A stretch of 64,000 nucleotides of DNA from Verrucomicrobiia bacterium (GTDB taxonomy: Bacteria; Verrucomicrobiota; Verrucomicrobiia; Limisphaerales; SXQI01): contig DASVNK010000022.1 in NCBI GenBank assembly GCA_036383895.1, positions 33,738 to 97,737 on the forward strand, read 5' to 3'. The notes below the pieces were generated by a model, which ran no database searches, was not told where the DNA came from, and saw nothing but the letters and a program-made list of their open reading frames with translations. A program made the translations under genes and the position numbers. Each line of letters opens with the position of its first letter. Positions within the stretch are counted from its first letter, which is position 1. Shown here piece after piece: positions 1 through 8,730 of this stretch.

Positions 1-542
1 ACACCGGCGCTTACGGCATCGTCGTTCCCATGGTGAACACACGCGCCGAAGCTGAAGCCGTCGTCGCCGCGGCCCGTTACGCGCCGGTCGGGCAACGCTC
101 CATCGGTGGCCAGCAACACGCCGCAAATTTCGACACTGATTCCGCCACTTACTACTCGCGCGCCAACGATGAAATCCTCGTTATCGTGATGCTCGAAACC
201 AAACAAGCCATCGGAAACGCTGATGAAATTCTGCGCGTTCCTGGCATTGACGCCTTTTTCATCGGCCCGAACGACCTCCACAATTCCTATGGCAAACCGC
301 CCGCGTTCGAGAGCGACGCCCCCGAATTCATCAATGCGCTAGAACACCTCCTTGCTATGGGCAAAAAACACAAGGTGCCCGCCGGCATCCACGTCGCCGA
401 TTCCGCGGCCGCCCAACGCCGCACCCAGCAAGGCTTCCAATTTATCGCCGTGACCAGCGAAGCCGGCATGATGCTCTCCAAAGCTGCCGAAATCACCAAA
501 GCGCTCGGCCTTAGCTACAGCGCGGCAGCGGTGAAATATTGA
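1..542 (+). CDS. HpcH/HpaI-family (class II) aldolase, C-terminal part; 5' end cut by window edge
   Basis: Reading frame is open from the window edge (..TGAYGIVVP-MVNTRAEAEAVV..). ..VIVMLETKQAI.. and ..FFIGPNDL.. resemble HpcH/HpaI aldolase. Ends with TGA at 540..542. Confidence 0.75.
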   Translation, partial: TGAYGIVVPMVNTRAEAEAVVAAARYAPVGQRSIGGQQHAANFDTDSATYYSRANDEILVIVMLETKQAIGNADEILRVPGIDAFFIGPNDLHNSYGKPPAFESDAPEFINALEHLLAMGKKHKVPAGIHVADSAAAQRRTQQGFQFIAVTSEAGMMLSKAAEITKALGLSYSAAAVKY

Positions 543-543
543 T

Positions 544-990
544 ATGTATCCGCCGCCCACGAATAACGACGAACAGCACCTGCACCTTCTGGCGATTTTT
601 CATTACGTCCTCGCTGGCTTAGCGGCGCTGGTCTCCTTATTCCCGGTCGTTCATCTGGTAATGGGTCTCTTCTTTATCTTCGGAGCGCCTAACCTCAATC
701 AACAAGGCGAGATGCCACCGCAAGCGTTCGGCTGGCTGTTCGTCGCGTTCGCCGGCATTATCATCCTGCTCGGGCTAACCGTGGCCGTGTTGATCTTTCT
801 CACCGGCCTTTATCTCTCCCGTCGCAAGAACTACACCTTCTGCTTCGTCATGGCCGCCATCGAATGTTTCTTCATCCCGGTCGGCACGGTCCTCGGCGTC
901 TTCACCATCGTTGTCTTGATGCGCGATTCCGTGAAACATCTCTTCGTCATTAGCCATGGCCAAATCGCCGAACGCCAGACTGGCGGCTGA
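544..990 (+). CDS. Hypothetical integral membrane protein (about 4 hydrophobic helices)
   Basis: 148-aa ORF starting 2 nt after the upstream stop. Long hydrophobic segments (LLAIFHYVLAGLAALVSLFPVVHLVMGLFFIF, FGWLFVAFAGIIILLGLTVAVLIFLTGLYL). No family recognised. Confidence 0.5.
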   Translation: MYPPPTNNDEQHLHLLAIFHYVLAGLAALVSLFPVVHLVMGLFFIFGAPNLNQQGEMPPQAFGWLFVAFAGIIILLGLTVAVLIFLTGLYLSRRKNYTFCFVMAAIECFFIPVGTVLGVFTIVVLMRDSVKHLFVISHGQIAERQTGG

Positions 991-1112
991 AAATCTGCGT
1001 CGTTAAACAGTCGTTGCAGGAGTGAATCTTTCTCTCCGCGTCGCTATGCACCTGCTGTCAAAACTGCCGGTTAACAGCACAAAGCGGCTTGTCATAGAAA
1101 TCATCAGAGCCA

Positions 1113-1553
1113 ATGCCACTGGAACTGCAAATTATCAGGCCGCCGGATTTTATACGGATGGGATCCTTGGGAGCGATGGACTTTGAATCGAGTAAGGAAG
1201 CTCTTCGAAAGCTCGCTTACGCGTGTCGAAAACGGGGAATCTTTCGTGCAGTGCTCGATTTGCGGGATCTGGCGATTCCGGCGACGCCGATGTTCACCAC
1301 CTCGGAACTAGCAGCGTTGGTCGACACGTTTCGCGAGGCGGGCTTTAGCAGCTACCAACGGCTGGCGGTGCTCTACCGAACGGATCCGCATCACGGCGCA
1401 CGGATGTTCGCATTCATCAGCACCTTGAAAGGATGGCAGGTGCGCTCCTTCGAGGATTTCGAGAGAGCGCTGATGTGGCTTCAACAGGCTGAAGATCAAC
1501 CATCGATCAATCCTGCTGATGCCGTTCAGATCCGTTTTGCCGGTGAGGATTGA
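1113..1553 (+). CDS. Hypothetical cytoplasmic protein
   Basis: 146-aa ORF with non-repetitive, protein-like composition. No motif recognised. Confidence 0.45.
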   Translation: MPLELQIIRPPDFIRMGSLGAMDFESSKEALRKLAYACRKRGIFRAVLDLRDLAIPATPMFTTSELAALVDTFREAGFSSYQRLAVLYRTDPHHGARMFAFISTLKGWQVRSFEDFERALMWLQQAEDQPSINPADAVQIRFAGED

Positions 1554-1592
1554 AGTTGGTGGGCTTCAAGTGTCGCGTGATGAGACGCGGCT

Positions 1593-1802
1593 TCAATCTT
1601 TTACGGGAAGGACGTTGATTGCTTTTACGATGAGTTGAACAGTGTCGCCAACCTTAAGATTCATTTCCTGAACGGACTCAGTGGTGAGAACGGAGGCCAT
1701 CTGGGCGGGAATGCTGATTTCGAATTTTACGAGGGACATGATCTTGTCGCTGGTGATGGAGGTGACTTTACCTGAGAGTTTGTTGCGAGCGCCGGCTTTC
1801 AT
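1593..1802 (-). CDS. mop: Molybdate/tungstate-binding TOBE-domain protein (Mop)
   Basis: 69 aa. MKAGARNKLSGKVTSI...VKFEI...LTTESVQEMNLKVGDTVQLIVKAINV is the canonical single-TOBE Mop pattern (SARNxLxGKV ... IKAS-V). Confidence 0.8.
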   Translation of the reverse strand: MKAGARNKLSGKVTSITSDKIMSLVKFEISIPAQMASVLTTESVQEMNLKVGDTVQLIVKAINVLPVKD

Positions 1803-1916
1803 GCGATTTGATTAGGGTGTCTTGAAACAAAAGTCGAGCAGCCGAGCGAACGATTCGCGGGCTGCCCGACTTGGAGGAACACTAAGGAACACGTCGTCCT
1901 GTTTTAGCGATTCGAC

Positions 1917-2948
1917 TTATTTGAGCGCGATCGTTTGTGGCGCGGGTTCGGAGGTGAAGTGGAGGACTCGCGTGAAGTCAGGATATGGGGTGCCGTTCAC
2001 TTCGACCCAGCCGCGAATGACGAGGTCGGGACGTTCGGCGGATTTTGGAGTGAGATCGAAGTCGCGGCCTTCGGCCCATTCGAGGCGGTTCTCGTCGAGG
2101 CCACCGAACCACTCCCCTGCTTTGCCCGCGACGGCGGTATCGGCGGATGAGATATCCAGCGGAACCCAGCCGATGCCGGGGGCGAAGAAGCTCGGCCAGC
2201 AGCGGTAACCGGGGTCATGTTCTTTGCCGACGTTCTCGGGCTTGAGGCGGCTGCCATAGAAAAGTCGGCACGGGATGTTGCGGGCGCGGCAGAGCGCGAT
2301 GAAGAGAGCGTGCTGATCGGTGCAGCAATCGCCGCTGCCGGCGAGACATTCGTCCGCACTGCCGAGGCAGAGGCCTTTTGGTTTGGGGCCGCTCTTGGAG
2401 TAGTGCTCGCTTTTTTCGATAACGAAGTGAAAGAACTTCTCGGCCTGCAGCACGGGATTTCTTTCAGAGCCGGCGAGTTCATCGGCGATCTTCTGGATCT
2501 TCGGCGTGACTTCCATGTGTTTTTCGTCGCGGCGCAATTCGGCCGGGAAGGCGCGAATATGTTCGGGCGTAATGACTCCAGCTTTCCGGGCATCGGCCAT
2601 TCCGCTTATCTTTTGACGAACAACTTTGAATTCAGTGACAATTTTTAGCGGCTTCGATTCATTCGCTTTGCTTTCGCCGTAAAGCCAGGATCGGCCATAT
2701 TTTTGGTCGCGAGTGATTTGAAGATTTTCCGGAGCTTCGATGATTTTGAACTCGAGCACTTTTTGGCCGGGCCGATCTTCAGGCATCCAGAACCAGCCGC
2801 GAACGGTCCCTTTCTCGGAATTGGGCACGCTGAAGGTTTGGCGGACGGTGAAGATGGTGTCGGCGGAGAGCGACGGTTTCGCGGCGATGCATGTAATCGC
2901 CGCAATAGATGCGGAAAGAAAGGTCCGCAGGTTTTTGGAATGGGTCAT
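1917..2948 (-). CDS. Secreted transglutaminase-like protein, variant triad (Cys-Arg-Asp)
   Basis: N-terminal signal peptide (LSASIAAITCIAAKPSLSA). Transglutaminase core GDCCTDQHALFIALCRARNIPCR ... GYRCWPSFF ... GWVPLDISSAD. The position normally His (HxW) is Arg. Confidence 0.8.
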   Translation of the reverse strand: MTHSKNLRTFLSASIAAITCIAAKPSLSADTIFTVRQTFSVPNSEKGTVRGWFWMPEDRPGQKVLEFKIIEAPENLQITRDQKYGRSWLYGESKANESKPLKIVTEFKVVRQKISGMADARKAGVITPEHIRAFPAELRRDEKHMEVTPKIQKIADELAGSERNPVLQAEKFFHFVIEKSEHYSKSGPKPKGLCLGSADECLAGSGDCCTDQHALFIALCRARNIPCRLFYGSRLKPENVGKEHDPGYRCWPSFFAPGIGWVPLDISSADTAVAGKAGEWFGGLDENRLEWAEGRDFDLTPKSAERPDLVIRGWVEVNGTPYPDFTRVLHFTSEPAPQTIALK

Positions 2949-3036
2949 AGGTATTGTTGGAGTTTGAACGTTTATTGTCAGGTGCCACGCAAATTGGGGT
3001 GAATGGCCGTCTTTGCGTGGCTAAGTGGTGTTGTGG

Positions 3037-4176
3037 TTAGAACCGCCAGTTGAGGTCGAGACGAAAGCGATTGCCGTCCTGCCCGGTCGTGATTGCTTCG
3101 ACGAGGAAGAGGCGACCCATGAGGTTGATGTTTTTCGAGATGGCGTAGGCGACGCGGAATTCGTGGCCTTCGAAGTCGCTGGAACTGGTTTGCGGACCGC
3201 TGCCCCAACGATGCCAGTCGTCCTGCGCGTAGGAGGCGTTCACGGCGAAGGTTTCGATGTGCGCGTAGTAATACGCGACGAGCCAGTCGTTCTTTTCTTT
3301 GAGCTGCCCGTATTGGACTGAGAAGACGTAACCGAGATCTTCGTCTTCGTCCTGCGGCGGGAAGGGCGCGACATCGGCCGCGTCGTAGCTCGCGAAGTTG
3401 TGGAAGATATCCGCGCCGAGGGCGAGCGGACGCTCCGCGATGGGAATGCTCCATTGCACGTTGCCCACGCCGATCAGGTAATCGCGTTCGCCGTTGCGCG
3501 TGAGAAGATTGTTCGCGCCTTCTTCGCCGTGCATGTAGTGGATCGCGCCGGCGACGGTGAGTTGGGACGGATCGATGGGAAGTGTGTATTTGAGTTGCGC
3601 GCCGAGGAGTTGGCCATTGAGGTCGTAACCGCCATCGGGCAGATAGAAGCCGCCCACGGTAGCAGTGAGGGCACCTTTATTAAGCGCGTGATCGTAAATT
3701 GCGGCGACGCCGGTGGGGGTTACATCTTCATCCCAGAACAGTTCGTTCTGCTGCCAGAATGGAAAAACATTCCGGCCAGCCCAGATGGTGAACGGCTTTT
3801 CCTGATATTGGACGAAATACCGGTCGACGACGAAATCGAGATCGTCGCGGGGACCATCGTCGGCCCAGAAGGTGAGGTGGGGCGATGTTTGGCTGCGGCT
3901 GTTGCCGGTGCGGACGCGCGCGCCGACGGTCCAGTCTTCGGCGGGTTTGTAATTGAAACCGAAGCGTCCGCGGAACCGGCCCCGATGACGATCGTCGCGC
4001 ATCACGCCAGCGGCGGTTTGGGAATCCCAGTCGACTTCGTAGCGCAGGCGGACGTCGCCGTAGAAGGTGAGGTTGGTGTTTGAATCGATCCAGTCAATGC
4101 CGGTGTTAATGGCCTGAGTGGAGGCGAGGCTGGTGAAGGCGAACATGCCAGCAAGGATTTTATGTTTGGTTTTCAT
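3037..4176 (-). CDS. Outer-membrane porin (putative-porin / Porin_5-like)
   Basis: Signal peptide MKTKHKILAGMFAFTSLASTQA. Also GDVRLRYE motif, alternating amphipathic strands and C-terminal ...LDLNWRF aromatic terminus. Confidence 0.75.
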   Translation of the reverse strand: MKTKHKILAGMFAFTSLASTQAINTGIDWIDSNTNLTFYGDVRLRYEVDWDSQTAAGVMRDDRHRGRFRGRFGFNYKPAEDWTVGARVRTGNSRSQTSPHLTFWADDGPRDDLDFVVDRYFVQYQEKPFTIWAGRNVFPFWQQNELFWDEDVTPTGVAAIYDHALNKGALTATVGGFYLPDGGYDLNGQLLGAQLKYTLPIDPSQLTVAGAIHYMHGEEGANNLLTRNGERDYLIGVGNVQWSIPIAERPLALGADIFHNFASYDAADVAPFPPQDEDEDLGYVFSVQYGQLKEKNDWLVAYYYAHIETFAVNASYAQDDWHRWGSGPQTSSSDFEGHEFRVAYAISKNINLMGRLFLVEAITTGQDGNRFRLDLNWRF

Positions 4177-4218
4177 GGTAGGTTTTTTGTTTTGGTGGGT
4201 TAGTTGGTTGGTTGACTT

Positions 4219-5223
4219 TTATAAGTCTCGGAAGGTCCACGTTTTTTCTGTCTTCACCGATTTCCCATCGGCTTCGGCGTAGGGATTAAGGAAGTAGTTC
4301 AGAGGTGCACCGGATTGCTCAGGTGCGAGGGTGATGTCGCGACCGGTGGTGAGCGTGACGCGATTGGGAGTGTGGGAGCCGAAGAAATATTCCGCGCGTT
4401 GGGGAAAACGATCGGCTTCCGAGCAATCGACCGGCACCCAGGATTTGCCGCGCACGAGGAAAAACGCCCAGCAGTGATAGCCGCCGAGCGGCTCGTCCTT
4501 GCCCTTTTCGTATGGCAGGTAGAGGCCAATCTCGAAACCGCTCGGAATGCCCGAGGCGCGGCAGAGTGAATTGAAGAGGGCGTGAAAATCAGTGCAGTTT
4601 CCTTTACCGACATCGCACGCGTGGCGGGTGCTGCCGAGGCCCCAACCTTGATGATTTTTGTCGTAGGTCATGCGACCGAGAACGTGGTCGTAGATCGCGC
4701 GGGCTTTTTCGAGGGTCGTGGTTTTGCCTTTGGTAACTTCGGCGGCCAGCTTGCGCATCTCGTCATCGACCAAAACCAATTTGTCCGCCGCCAGGAATTC
4801 AGCCTGCCGTTTCGTAAGAGCGGCGCTTCCATCGGTGCTGAGTTTCGCGAGATCCGCGACGATTTCTTTGCGCTCGCACGTAAAGCGCATCGTGAATTCG
4901 TGACTGGATTGCGGCGAATCGATTTCCCAGTAGCCGATTAAATTCCCGTACTTGGTTTCTGTGTGGTACGAAGGCGACTTCGAGAAGGACAAGTCGGTGA
5001 TGGTCTGCGCGGTGCTGTTCTGCGGCACCGGAAACCAGACTCTCAGTTTTTTCGTGCCCTCGGGTACTTCGGAGATCTTGCCGTTGTATTCGATCGAGAA
5101 TTTCCGCGAGCCAGCCGGCTTCATATATTCCGGCGCGACGTTTTGTTGGTTCGGCGGTTCCTGTCCGCAGATAATTTGCGCGAAGAGTAAAGCGGTAACG
5201 ATGCTGATGTTTGTTAGTTTCAT
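4219..5223 (-). CDS. Secreted transglutaminase-like protein (intact Cys-His-Asp)
   Basis: Signal peptide MKLTNISIVTALLFAQIICG. Core GKGNCTDFHALFNSLCRASGIPSG ... GGYHCWAFF ... SWVPVDCSEAD. Paralogous in layout to 1917..2948. Confidence 0.8.
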   Translation of the reverse strand: MKLTNISIVTALLFAQIICGQEPPNQQNVAPEYMKPAGSRKFSIEYNGKISEVPEGTKKLRVWFPVPQNSTAQTITDLSFSKSPSYHTETKYGNLIGYWEIDSPQSSHEFTMRFTCERKEIVADLAKLSTDGSAALTKRQAEFLAADKLVLVDDEMRKLAAEVTKGKTTTLEKARAIYDHVLGRMTYDKNHQGWGLGSTRHACDVGKGNCTDFHALFNSLCRASGIPSGFEIGLYLPYEKGKDEPLGGYHCWAFFLVRGKSWVPVDCSEADRFPQRAEYFFGSHTPNRVTLTTGRDITLAPEQSGAPLNYFLNPYAEADGKSVKTEKTWTFRDL

Positions 5224-5250
5224 TGTTTAATTGGGATTCTTTCCCCTGAA

Positions 5251-5388
5251 GCTGTGTCGAATGGCGTGCCCTTCCCCCAAGGCGGTGAGCTGTTCTGCGC
5301 TGCAACGGAGGCGCGGGGGATCAAACTCACACGCCGGTCAATCGCTCGCTAGAGGCTGTGGGGAAATGGACACGCCATTTCACACAGC
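5251..5388 (-). promoter_or_regulatory. Structured 5' leader (nested inverted repeats) upstream of the transglutaminase/porin operon; candidate cis-regulatory RNA
   Basis: Three nested inverted repeats. 5251..5268 pairs with 5371..5388 (16 of 18 complementary). 5272..5277 (TTCCCC) pairs with 5360..5365 (GGGGAA). 5281..5289 (GGCGGTGAG) pairs with 5326..5335 (CTCACACGCC, one bulge). All lie between the start codon at 5223 and the next gene. Confidence 0.4.
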
Positions 5389-5613
5389 GGGTAGTCACGT
5401 GAAGGGTCTATTGAAGTGAAAAACTAAAGATGCGCGCGCTGCGACTTCCGGCCGGAACTCAGTTGTGGCGAACGATTGCATCTTAGGATCGGCGCCGACC
5501 TTATCGTTTTTTGCGCTGTTGCTCACCAATTTGGGGTGAGTTGCACCAGCGCGGGGGCGAACCTCTTGCAGAACGGGGCGAAGGTGCGAATCGTGAGATA
5601 AGGAGATTGAGTT

Positions 5614-6255
5614 ATGAAAAGCATGTTCGACCTGGCTGGAGTCTTTGCGGCTGCGATATTTTTGAGTGGCTGCGCGACGCAACATTCTGGAACGGCCGGG
5701 GGAAAAGCAGCTGGGACTGAGCAAGGCTCTGCGAGCAGTGCGGACGTAGAAGATGCAAGCTTTGCGCGGCAAGCTTGCCAAGCCGCTGCCGGGCAGGTGG
5801 AGATCGCGCGGCTGGCCGCGTATAACACGAAAACGCGGGAAGTACGGCGGTTTGCACGCGAACTACAAAAGGATCTTACGAAAGCCGACAAGGAACTCGC
5901 GAAGATTTTCAGCAATCGAGGCCTAGCGCCTGAATCGGATTACGAAGATTACATGAAGAATTCTTTTGACCGGTTGGTCGATCTAAAAGGTGGCGAGTTC
6001 GACGAGGCGTTCAAAGAAGAAGTGATTCACAGCCACGAGCGCGCGATCAAACTTTTCGAAGAACAGAGCAATAGCGGCAGCGACGCCGGGTTGAAGACCT
6101 TTGCGGAGACGCAATTGCCGCAGCTTCGCGCGAACCTGGATGCAGCGCGCAATCTGCCGGTAAGCACGGATACGACCGGGCCTGAACCAATCAACGAAGC
6201 AACGAAAGTCATCAATCATCCCGTCACGCGCAGCGTCCAAATCGGCGCGAGGTGA
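5614..6255 (+). CDS. DUF4142-family lipoprotein
   Basis: Lipobox-like FLSGC after a short signal peptide. The ..GGEFDEAFKEEVIHSHERAIKLFEEQ.. pattern is typical of DUF4142. Confidence 0.7.
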   Translation: MKSMFDLAGVFAAAIFLSGCATQHSGTAGGKAAGTEQGSASSADVEDASFARQACQAAAGQVEIARLAAYNTKTREVRRFARELQKDLTKADKELAKIFSNRGLAPESDYEDYMKNSFDRLVDLKGGEFDEAFKEEVIHSHERAIKLFEEQSNSGSDAGLKTFAETQLPQLRANLDAARNLPVSTDTTGPEPINEATKVINHPVTRSVQIGAR

Positions 6256-6323
6256 TTTGTATTTGAGGGAGCTTTCTGGATGATTGCCGTGCGAGGTTTG
6301 TTTGTTTAGCTTCCGAACCTCGC

Positions 6324-7430
6324 ATGAACGCTTCGAAACTTCTTTGGTGCAGTCTCGGTTTCCTACTTCTCGGCGGTCCGCTGGCGGCGCTCGCGCAGGA
6401 TTCGAAGGCCCCGTTCCGAGAGTTCGTGCTTGTCGATGTCTCGGTCGTTTCATCCAGCGCCATCGCCAAGTGGAAGGAGGAGAAGTTCTCAGGAGTGGCC
6501 ATCGTTTTGAACGAGGGTGCCTCGAAAGCCGAGCAGCGCGCTGCGGGGAAATCGGTTTCCGAGGCGCAGCTTGATTTGTTCTGGTGGATTGAAGTCGCGC
6601 GGAATCCGAAAATGGCTAGTGCGAATCCGCGTTGGATGGCCGGCCTGGGATCGCACGCGGACTGGCAAAAACGTTTTTCAAACGCTCCGGAACCAGGCTT
6701 TAACGAGGTGGCGAAAGCGTATCCGTGGGTTCCGATTGTTTATGCGGAAGCTTACGATGCGCACCTTAACCGCATCGAGCAGTTGCTGAAAGATTTGCCG
6801 CAAGCAAAGGGTGTGTTCGTGAACGACCTGCAGGCCGGACCAGGTTCGTGTGGATGCGGCAATTTGCAATGCCGCTGGGCGGTGGATTATCACGTTCGCT
6901 CGACCGCAAAAAAAGTCCAAGGTGGGAATGTCGCGGGCAGGTTTGTGATCGAGCTGCAAAAGCGCACCCAGCAAACGTTGATCCCTGTTTGGACAACTGA
7001 GTGCGAACACGCGGATATGCCGACGGAAAAGAACGGTGGAAAAGCGAGCACCGGATTCTGTGGGAGCGTTGGATGCGCGACAGGGGCGTGCCCCACGGAG
7101 TTCTCGGCGCAGCTTAGTGAATTACTTTCGACACACAATGGGGCACTAGGCGTGCTTGCCACGCATGAATCTTTCCAGCGTTCCAAAGAGGAAATCGGCG
7201 GTGGACCGGAATGGGTGATCGATGCGATTGATTACATTCACAAAACGTTGGCCGCCGAGCGCGGACGGGTGATCGCGAACGACCGTATCTGGGCGGTAGT
7301 AAACGGTGGGAATGCTGAGAGCGAACAGCGCGTACGTGAAGCGGCGAAACGTTCGGGAGCGGCGGTGGCCATTGTTGCGCGCGTGTCGCTGGACCAAACT
7401 TATGAACCGCGCATCATCCGCGCTGAATAA
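6324..7430 (+). CDS. Secreted Cys-rich hypothetical protein
   Basis: Signal peptide MNASKLLWCSLGFLLLGGPLAALA. Two cysteine clusters (GPGSCGCGNLQCRW; GFCGSVGCATGACP). No family recognised. Confidence 0.55.
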   Translation: MNASKLLWCSLGFLLLGGPLAALAQDSKAPFREFVLVDVSVVSSSAIAKWKEEKFSGVAIVLNEGASKAEQRAAGKSVSEAQLDLFWWIEVARNPKMASANPRWMAGLGSHADWQKRFSNAPEPGFNEVAKAYPWVPIVYAEAYDAHLNRIEQLLKDLPQAKGVFVNDLQAGPGSCGCGNLQCRWAVDYHVRSTAKKVQGGNVAGRFVIELQKRTQQTLIPVWTTECEHADMPTEKNGGKASTGFCGSVGCATGACPTEFSAQLSELLSTHNGALGVLATHESFQRSKEEIGGGPEWVIDAIDYIHKTLAAERGRVIANDRIWAVVNGGNAESEQRVREAAKRSGAAVAIVARVSLDQTYEPRIIRAE

Positions 7431-7462
7431 AAAATCCCCGCGTCCGAAAACGCGGGGATTTG
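7431..7462. terminator. Bidirectional rho-independent terminator between convergent genes
   Basis: A-run, then 9-bp stem ATCCCCGCG / CGCGGGGAT (7434..7442 and 7451..7459), then T-rich tail. Confidence 0.6.
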
Positions 7463-7484
7463 CACTCTTACGTAAGCGAGGAAC

Positions 7485-8618
7485 TTAGAAACTACGTCCT
7501 GCCGAGAAGATGGTCATGAAGTCTGCGAACGCCGCATCTCCTTCGGCGCCGGCGAAGTTCGCCTGGCGTTTGCGATAGAGCGCGACGGGTGCGCTGAACG
7601 ATGCGAACCAACCATCCTTTGCGTAGAGCAATCCGGGCTCAATCGAGATCGCATAACCGGGACGACGTCGACCCTCATCCGATCCGAACACGTCGGTTGG
7701 TGGACTTCCCTCAAGCCGTCCGGCAAGAGTGAAACTCAAGCCATACTTCGGAAGGAATTCGTAGCCCAATCCGATCCGCGCCAAATACGAATCACCGGTG
7801 GACCAGACCTGACCGGTATCGTTCGGGCCGTCGTATACGTCAGCGTCCTCTTCAGGAACGAAGATGTAAGTTGCGGCCGCGTAGATGGTGAAGTTGGTAA
7901 ACAATTCCCGATATCCGTAGACATCGGCAATGATTCCCCAGGCACCCGAGCCAGGTTGAATGGAATTATCCACGTTTCGGATTTCAGCGCGTGGCGTGTA
8001 TTGACCAGCACTGTTTGTCGCAAATACCGTGAACGTATCTTTATGATCCTTCTGACCCGTCGGGATGACGACACCCGCGCCGAACGAGAAGTTCATTTTC
8101 GGATTCTCATCTGGATCAAGGATCCAGCTCGTTGCGAGTAACTTAATGTCACTCAAGCCCGATGCGGAGGTTTGGTAGCGGTCGATAACTGCTCCGCTGA
8201 CCACCCCTTCAGGAGACGCGTAGTCACTCGGATTCATCAACGAGCCGTCCGGGTTCCGCCGGGTATCGCGCACCGCTTGTGAGCGGGTGGCGAACTGAAA
8301 CGGAATGGAGAGCGTGGCTGAGAGCCGTTTAGTGAAAGTGTAACTCGCCGAAAGATCGATCAGGTGGACGTCATTGATAACCTGACTGCCTTCTTGTTCG
8401 CGATGAACTTGTTCCTCGCTACCAACGAAATGGCGATCGGAATATTGCCAGCGATGGCTCAACGCGACCGTCCATGTACCTTGGTCCTGCACTGTTGCTG
8501 CACCCAAACTGGGCGAGCTAATGCGTGCAGTTACTCACCCTTGCGCCAGGGCCTTTGGGCCACTGGCCAGCATGCCGACAAACGCCAGCACGCCGATAAT
8601 TGGTTTTAAGTATCTCAT
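7485..8618 (-). CDS. Outer-membrane beta-barrel protein with one in-frame TGA between signal peptide and barrel (candidate selenoprotein, or pseudogene)
   Basis: ATG at 8618 encodes MRYLKPIIGVLAFVGMLASGPKALAQG, then TGA (plus-strand tca 8535..8537). It continues in the same frame (8618-8507=111 nt) into the 340-aa ORF. That ORF begins only at a TTG, has no signal peptide of its own and ends ...SAGRSF. Confidence 0.5.
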
Positions 8619-8730
8619 AATTTGTTCGATGGGACGGGCGGAACACTAGGGCGACATAGGTGCATTGTGAGGAGCTTAGGGGTGAACTGCTGGTTTTAGG
8701 GGGTGAGCCGCCAGGCTTTCATTGCGAAAC

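Noticed and set aside
3400-4083. 227-aa plus-strand ORF opposite the porin gene
   Set aside because: The antisense frame has no signal or motifs. The minus strand has a signal peptide, beta-strand periodicity and a C-terminal Phe.
5224-5410. Calling the structured leader a Moco (molybdenum-cofactor) riboswitch because of the nearby mop gene and GCCUCCG / GGGGAAGGG strings
   Set aside because: As far as I recall the Moco motif, the order and context of these strings do not match, and I cannot run a covariance model. It is kept only as an unclassified structured leader.
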